From NCBI RefSeq assembly GCF_963921235.1, contig NC_086107.1, positions 115,136,001 to 115,200,000 on the forward strand: a DNA stretch of 64,000 nt, read 5' to 3'. The position numbers and the translations under genes were made by a program. Below are positions 57,001-64,000 of the stretch, piece by piece. A model generated the notes under the pieces. That model saw only the letters and a program-made list of their open reading frames with translations. It searched no databases and was not told the DNA's origin. Within the stretch, counting starts at the first letter, position 1, and each line of letters begins with the position of its first letter. The DNA comes from Mobula hypostoma. Lineage: Eukaryota.

Positions 57001-60000
57001 GTGTGATGGGATGGTGCGGAGGGAGATTCACTCTGTGTCTGACCCCGGGAGTGTGTGATGGGACGGTGTGGAGGGAGATTCACTCGTGTATGACCCCGGG
57101 AGTGTGTGATGGGACGGTGTGGAGGGAAGTTCTCTCTGTGTCTGACGCCGGGAGTGTGTGATGGGACGGTGTGGATGGAATTTCACTCTGTGTCTGATCC
57201 CGGGAGTGTGGGATGGGACGGTGTGGAGGGAGATTCACACTGTGTCTGACCCCAAGAGTGTGTGATGGGACGGTGTGGAGGGAGATTCACTCTGTGTCTG
57301 ACATCGGGAGTGTGTGATGGGACGGTGTGGAGGGAGCATCACTCTGTGTCTGACACCGAGAGTGTGTGCGATGGGACGGTGTGGAGGGAGATTCACTCTG
57401 TGTCTGACCCCGGGAGTGTGTGATGGGACGGTATGGAGGGTGTTTCACTCTGTGTCTGACCCCTGGAGTGTGTGATGGGACGGTGTGGAGGGAGTTTCAC
57501 CCTGCGTCTGACCCCGGGAGTGTGTGATGGGACGTTGTGGAGGGTGTTTCACTCTGTGTCTGACCCCAGGAGAGTGTGATGGGACGGTGTGGAGGGAACT
57601 TCACTCTGTGTCTGACCCCGGGAGTGTGTGATGGGACGGTGTGGAAGGAGTTTCACTCTGTGCCTGACCCCGGGACGATGTGATGGGACGGTGTGGAGGG
57701 AGCTTCACTCTGTGCCTGACCCCGGGAGTGTGTGATGGGACGGTGTGGAGAGAGCTTCACTCTGCGTCTGACCCCAGGAGTGTGTGATGGGACGGTATGG
57801 AGGGAGTTTCACTCTGTGTCTGACCCCTGGAGTGTGTGATGGGATGGTGTGGCGGGGGAACTTCATTCTATTTCTGATCCCGGGAGAGTGCGATAGAACG
57901 GTGTGGAGGGAGCAGCACTCTGTGTCTGACCCCGGGAGTATGTGATGCGACGGTGTGGAGGGAGATTCACGCTGTGTCTGACCCCGGGAGTGTGTGATGG
58001 GACGGCGTGTAGGGAGATTCACTCTGTGCCTGACCCCGGGAGTGTGTGATGGGACGGTATGGAGGGAGTTTCACTCTGTGTATGACCCCTGGAGTGTGTG
58101 ATGGGATGGTGTGGAGGGGGCACTTCATTCTATGTCTGACCCCGGGACTGTGTGATGGGACGGTGTGGAGGGAGATTCACTCTGTGTCTGACCCCTGGAG
58201 TGTGTGATGGGATGGTGTGGCGGGGGAACTTCATTCTATGTCTGACCCCGGGACAGTGCGATGGGACGGTGTGGAGGGAGCTTTACTCTGTGTCTGATCC
58301 CGGGATTGTGTGATGGGACGGTGCGGAGGGAGATTCACTCTGTGTCTGACCCCGGGAGTGTGTGATGGGACGGTGCGGAGGGAGATTCACTCTGTGTCTG
58401 ACCCCGGGAGTGTGTGACGGGACGGTGTGGAGGGAGTTTCACCCTGCGTCTGACCCCTGGAGTGTGTGATGGGACGTTGTGGAGGGAGTTTCACTCTCTG
58501 TCTGACCCCAGGAGAGTGTGATGGGACGGTGTGGAGGGAACTTCACTCTGTGTCTGATCCCGGGAGTGTGTGATGGGACGGTGTGGAGGGAGATTCACTC
58601 GTGTATGACCCAGGGTGTGTGTGATGGGACGGTGTGGAGGGAAGTTCACTCTGTGTCTGACCCCGGGAGTGTGTGATGGGACAGAATGGAGGGAACTTCA
58701 CTCTGTGTCTGACCCCTGGAGCGTGTGATGGTACGGCGTGGAGGGAGATTCACTCTGTGTCTGACCCCGGGAGTGTGTGATGGGACGGTGTGGAGGGAAC
58801 TTCACTCTGTGTCTGATCCGGGAGTGTGTGATGGGACGGTATGGAGGGAGTTTCACTCTGTGTCTGACCCCTGGAGTGTGTGATGAGACGGTGTGGAGGG
58901 AGTTTCGCTCTGTGCCTGACCCCGGGAGTGTCTGATCCGACGGTGTGGAGGGAGCTTCACTCTGCGTCTGACCCCAGGAGTGTGTGATGGGACGGTGTGG
59001 AGGGAGCATCACTCTGTGTCTGACACCGAGAGTGTGTGCGATGGGACGGCGTGTAGGGAGATTCACTCTGTGCCTGACCCCTGGAGTGTGTGATGGGACG
59101 GTGTGGAGGGAGCTTCACTCTGTGTCTGATCCCGGGAGTGTGTGATGGGACGGGATGGAGGGAGGTTCACTCTGTGTCTGACCCCGGGAGTGTGTGATGG
59201 GACGGTGTGGAGGGAGTTTCACCCTGCGTCTGACCCCGGGAGTGTGTGATGGGACGTTGTGGAGGGTGTTTCACTCTGTGTCTGACCCCGGGAGTGTGTG
59301 ATGGGACAGAGTGGAGGGAATTTCACTCTGTTTCTGACTCCAGGAGTGCGTGATGGGACGGCGTGCAGGGAGATTCACTCTGCGCCTGACCCCGGGAGTG
59401 TGTGATGGGACGGTGTGGAGGGAGCTTCACTCTGTGTCTGACCCCGGGAGTGTGTGATGGGACGGTATGGAGGGAGGTTCACTCTATGTCTGACCCCAGG
59501 AGAGTGTGATGGGACGGTGTGGATGGAACTTCACTGTGTGTCTGAGCCCGGGAGTGTGTGATGGGACGGTGTGGAGGGAACTTCACTCTGTGTCTGATAC
59601 CGGGAGTGTGTGATGGGACGGTGTGGAGGGAGATTCACTGTGTGTCTGACCCCTGGAGTGTGTGATGGGACGGTGGGGAGGGAGAGTCACTGTGTGTCTG
59701 ACCCCGGGAGTGTGTGACGGGACGGTGTGGAGGGAGTTTAACACTGCGTCTGACCCCTGGAGTGTGTGATGGGACGGTGCGGAGGGAGATTCACTCTGCA
59801 TCTGACCCCGGGAGTGTGTGATGGGACGGTGTGGAGGGAGCTTCACTCTGTGTCTGACCCCGGGAGTGTGTGATGGGACGGTATGGAGGGAGGTTCACTC
59901 TATGTCTGACCCCAGGAGAGTGTGATGGGACGGTGTGGAGGGAGCTTCACTCTGTGTCTGACCCCGGGAGTGTGTGATGGGACGGTGTGCAGGGAACTTC

Positions 60001-63000
60001 ACTCTGTGTCTGACCCCGGGAGTGCGTGATGGGACGGTGTGGAGGGAGATTCACTCGTGTATGACCCCGGGAGTGTGTGATGGGACAGTGTGGAGGGAGC
60101 ATCACTCTGTGTCTGACCCCGGGAGTGTGTGATGCGACGGTGTGGAGGGAGATTCACTCTGTGTCTGACCCCGGGAGTGTGTGACGGGACGGCGTGTAGG
60201 GAGATTCACTCTGTGCCTGACCCCGGCAGTGTTGATGGGACGGCGTGGAGGGAGTTTCACTCTGCGTTTGACCCCTGGAGAGTGTGATGGTACGGCGTGG
60301 AGGGAGACTCTGTGTCTGACCCCTGGAGTGTGTGATGGGACCGTGTGGAGGGAATTTCACTCTGTGTCTGATCCCGGGAGTGTGGGATGGGACGGTGTGG
60401 AGGGAGATTCACTCTGTGTCTGACCCCAAGAGTGTGTTATGGGACGGTATGGAGGGAGATTCACTCTGTGTCTGACCCAGGGAGTGTGTGATGGGACGGT
60501 GTGGAGGGAGCATCACTCTGTGTCTGACACCGAGAGTGTGTGATGGGACGGTCTGGAGGGAGTTTCACTCTGTGTCTGACCCCTGGAGTGTGTGATGCGA
60601 CGGTGTGGAGGGAGATTCACTCTGTGTCTGACCCCTGGAGTGTGTGATGGGACGGTGCGGAGGGAGCTTCACTCTGTGCCTGACCCCGGGAGTGTGTGAT
60701 GGGACAGTGTGGAGGGAGCATCACTCTGTGTCTGACCCCGGGAGTGTGTGATGCGACGGTGTGGAGGGAGCTTCACTCTGTGTCTGACACCAGAAGTGTG
60801 TGATGGGACGGTGTGGATGGAGCATCACTCTGTGTCTGATCCTGGGAGTGTGTGATCGGACGGTATGGAGGGAGTTTCACTCTGTGTCTGACCCCTGGAG
60901 TGTGTGATGGGATGGTGTGGAGGGGGCACTTCATTCTATGCCTGACCCCAGGAGTGTGTGATGGGACGGTGTGGAAGGAACTTCACTCTGTGTCTGACCC
61001 TGGGAGTGTGTGATGGGACGGTGTGGAGCGAGCTTCACTCTGTGTCTGACCCCAGGAGCGTGTGATGGGACGGTGTGGAAGGAACTTCACTCTGTGTCTG
61101 ACCCTGGGAGTGTGTGATGGGACGGTGTGGAGGGAGCTTCACTCTGTGTCTGATACCGGGAGTGTGTGATGGGACGGTGTGGAGGGAGCTTCACTCTGTA
61201 TCTGATCCTGGGAGTGTGTGATGGGACGGTATGGAGGGAGTTTCACTCTGTGTATGACCCCTGGAGTGTGTGATGGGATGGTATGGAGGGAGATTCACTC
61301 TGTGTCTGACCCCTGGAGTGTGTGATGGGATGGTGTGGCGGGGGAACTTCATTCTATGTCTGACCCCGGGACTGTGTGATGGGACGGTGTGGAGGGAGAT
61401 TCACTCTGTGTCTGACCCCTGGAGTGTGTGATGGGATGGTGTGGCGGGGGAACTTCATTCTATGTCTGACCCCGGGACAGTGCGATGGGACGGTGTGGAG
61501 GGAGTTTTACTCTGTGTCTGATCCCGGGATTGTGTGATGGGACGGTGCGGAGGGAGATTCACTCTGTGTCTGACCCCGGGAGTGTGTGATGGGACGGTGC
61601 GGAGGGAGATTCACTCTGTGTCTGACCCCGGGAGTGTGTGACGGGACGGTGTGGAGGGAGTTTCACCCTGCGTCTGACCCCTGGAGTGTGTGATGGGACG
61701 TTGTGGAGGGAGTTTCACTCTCTGTCTGACCCCAGGAGAGTGTGATGGGACGGTGTGGAGGGAACTTCACTCTGTGTCTGATCCCGGGAGTGTGTGATGG
61801 GACGGTGTGGAGGGAGATTCACTCGTGTATGACCCCGGGTGTGTGTGATGGGACGGTGTGGAGGGAAGTTCACTCTGTGTCTGACCCCGGGAGTGTGTGA
61901 TGGGACAGAATGGAGGGAACTTCACTCTGTGTCTGACCCCTGGAGCGTGTGATGGTACGGCGTGGAGGGAGATTCACTCTGTGTCTGACCCCGGGAGTGT
62001 GTGATGGGACGGTGTGGAGGGAACTTCACTCTGGGTCTGATCCCGGGAGTGTGTGATGGGACGGTATGGAGGGAGTTTCACTCTGTGTCTGACCCCTGGA
62101 GTGTGTGATGAGACGGTGTGGAGGGAGCTTCACTCTGCGTCTGACCCCAGGAGTGTGTGATAGGACGATGTGGAGGGAGTTTCAGTCTGTGTCTGACCCC
62201 TGGAGTGTGTGATGAGAGGTGTGGAGGGAGCTTCACTCTGTGTCTGTTCCCCGGAGTGTGTGATGGGACGGTGTGGATGGAACTTCACTGTGTGTCTGAC
62301 TCCGGCAGTGTGTGATGGGACGGTGTGGAGGGATCTTCACTCTGTGTCTGATCCCGGGAGTGTGTGATGGGACGGTGTGGAGAGTGTTTCACTCTGTGTC
62401 TGACCCCTGGAGTGTGTGATGGGACGGTGGGGAGGGAGATTCACTCTGTGTCTGACCCCGGGAGTGTGTGATGGGACGGTATGGAGGGTGTTTCACTCTG
62501 TGTCTGACCCCTGGAGTGTGTGATGGGACGGTGCGGAGGGAGTTTCACTCTGCGTCTGACCCCGGGAGTCTGTGATGGGACGGTGTGGAGGGAACTTCAC
62601 TCTGTGTCTGACCCCGGGTGTGTGTGATGGGACGGTGTGGAGGGAAGTTCTCTCTGTGTCTGACGCCGGGAGTGTGTGATGGGACGGTGTGGAGGGAATT
62701 TCACTCTGTGTCTGATCCCGGGAGTGTGGGATGGGACGGTGTGGAGGGAGATTCACTCTGTGTCTGACCCCAAGAGTGTGTAATGGGACGGTGTGGAGGG
62801 AGATTCACTCTGTGTCTGATATCGGGAGTGTGTGATGGGACGGTGTGGAGGGAGCATCACTCTGTGTCTGACACCGAGAGTGTGTGTGATGGGACGGTGT
62901 GGAGGGAGATTCACTCTGTGTCTGACCCCGGGAGTGTGTGATGGGACGGTATGGAGGGTGTTTCACTTCGTGTCTGACACCTGGAGTGTGTGATGGGACG

Positions 63001-64000
63001 GTGCGGAGGGAGATTCACTCTGTGTCTGACCCCGGGAGTGTGTGATGGGACGGTGTGGAGGGAGATTCACTCGTGTATGACCCCGGGAGTGTGTGATGGG
63101 ACGGTGTGGAGGGAAGTTCTCTCTGTGTCTGACGCCGGGAGTGTGTGATGGGACGGTGTGGATGGAATTTCACTCTGTGTCTGATCCCGGGAGTGTGGGA
63201 TGGGACGGTGTGGAGGGAGATTCACTCTGTGTCTGACCCCAAGAGTGTGTAATGGGACGGTGTGGAGGGAGATTCACTCTGTGTCTGACATCGGGAGTGT
63301 GTGATGGGACGGTGTGGAGGGAGCATCACTCTGTGTCTGACACCGAGAGTGTGTGCGATGGGACGGTGTGGAGGGAGATTCACTCTGTGTCTGACCCCGG
63401 GAGTGTGTGATGGGACGGTATGGAGGGTGTTTCACTCTGTGTCTGACCCCTGGAGTGTGTGATGGGACGGTGCGGAGGGAGATTCACTCTGCATCTGACC
63501 CCGGGAGTGTGTGATGGGACGGTGTGGAGGGAGTTTCACCCTGCGTCTGACCCCGGGAGTGTGTGATGGGACGTTGTGGAGGGTGTTTCACTCTGTGTCT
63601 GACCCCAGGAGAGTGTGATGGGACGGTGTGGAGGGAACTTCACTCTGTGTCTGACCCCGGGAGTGTGTGATGGGACGGTATGGAGGGAGTTTCACTCTGT
63701 GTCTGACCCCTGGAGTGTGTGATGGGATGGTGTGGCGGGGGAACTTCATTCTATGTCTGATCCCGGGAGAGTGCGATAGAACGGTGTGGAGGGAGCAGCA
63801 CTCTGTGTCTGACCCCGGGAGTATGTGATGCGACGGTGTGGAGGGAGATTCACTCTGTGTCTGACCCCGGGAGTGTGTGATGGGACGGCGTGTAGGGAGA
63901 TTCACTCTGTGCCTGATCCCGGGAGTGTGTGATGGGACGGTATGGAGGGAGTTTCACTCTGTGTATGACCCCTGGAGTGTGTGATGGGATGGTGTGGAGG
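51085..64000. repeat. 52-nt satellite array (about 248 copies in window, open-ended) within an MTO1 5' intron
   Basis: cactctgtgtctgaccccgggagtgtgtgatgggacggtgtggagggagatt; period 52 measured between 51091 and 51143. Confidence 0.97.

Noticed and set aside
51085..64000. CRISPR-like array or repeated small ORFs
   Set aside because: Head-to-tail 52-mers with no unique spacers, no cas genes, eukaryotic context

Overview
Eukaryotic, intron-rich vertebrate DNA. The repeat content suggests a cartilaginous fish, probably a ray (inference, not proven). I reconstructed three spliced genes by hand, each with GT-AG junctions and consistent phases. (1) + strand, 14-29864: an I-domain leukocyte integrin alpha chain (CD11 / ITGAM-ITGAX-like), 27 coding exons in the window, about 1070 aa, with intact MIDAS, FG-GAP repeats, TM segment and GFFKR; its 5' exons lie upstream of the window. 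(2) - strand, 39850-32058: a complete 7-exon CCDC42-family gene (314 aa). (3) - strand, 51051-41410: MTO1 (GidA/MnmG family), last 11 coding exons; its first exons lie beyond a 52-bp satellite array of at least 12.9 kb that runs off the window end. The introns hold nested CR1 LINE fragments, Rex1/Babar fragments, a solo LTR, SINEs, Penelope-like fragments, a probable hAT relic and several minisatellites. No prokaryotic-type system or CRISPR array is present. The most interesting items are: a minimal hammerhead-ribozyme motif in a Penelope fragment, sense-oriented inside an MTO1 intron; a copy of part of an MTO1 exon inside a hAT-like element in another MTO1 intron; three decayed tandem copies of a CCDC42 exon end; a ~6-kb higher-order duplication in the satellite; and recurrent purine-5'/pyrimidine-3' bipolar introns.
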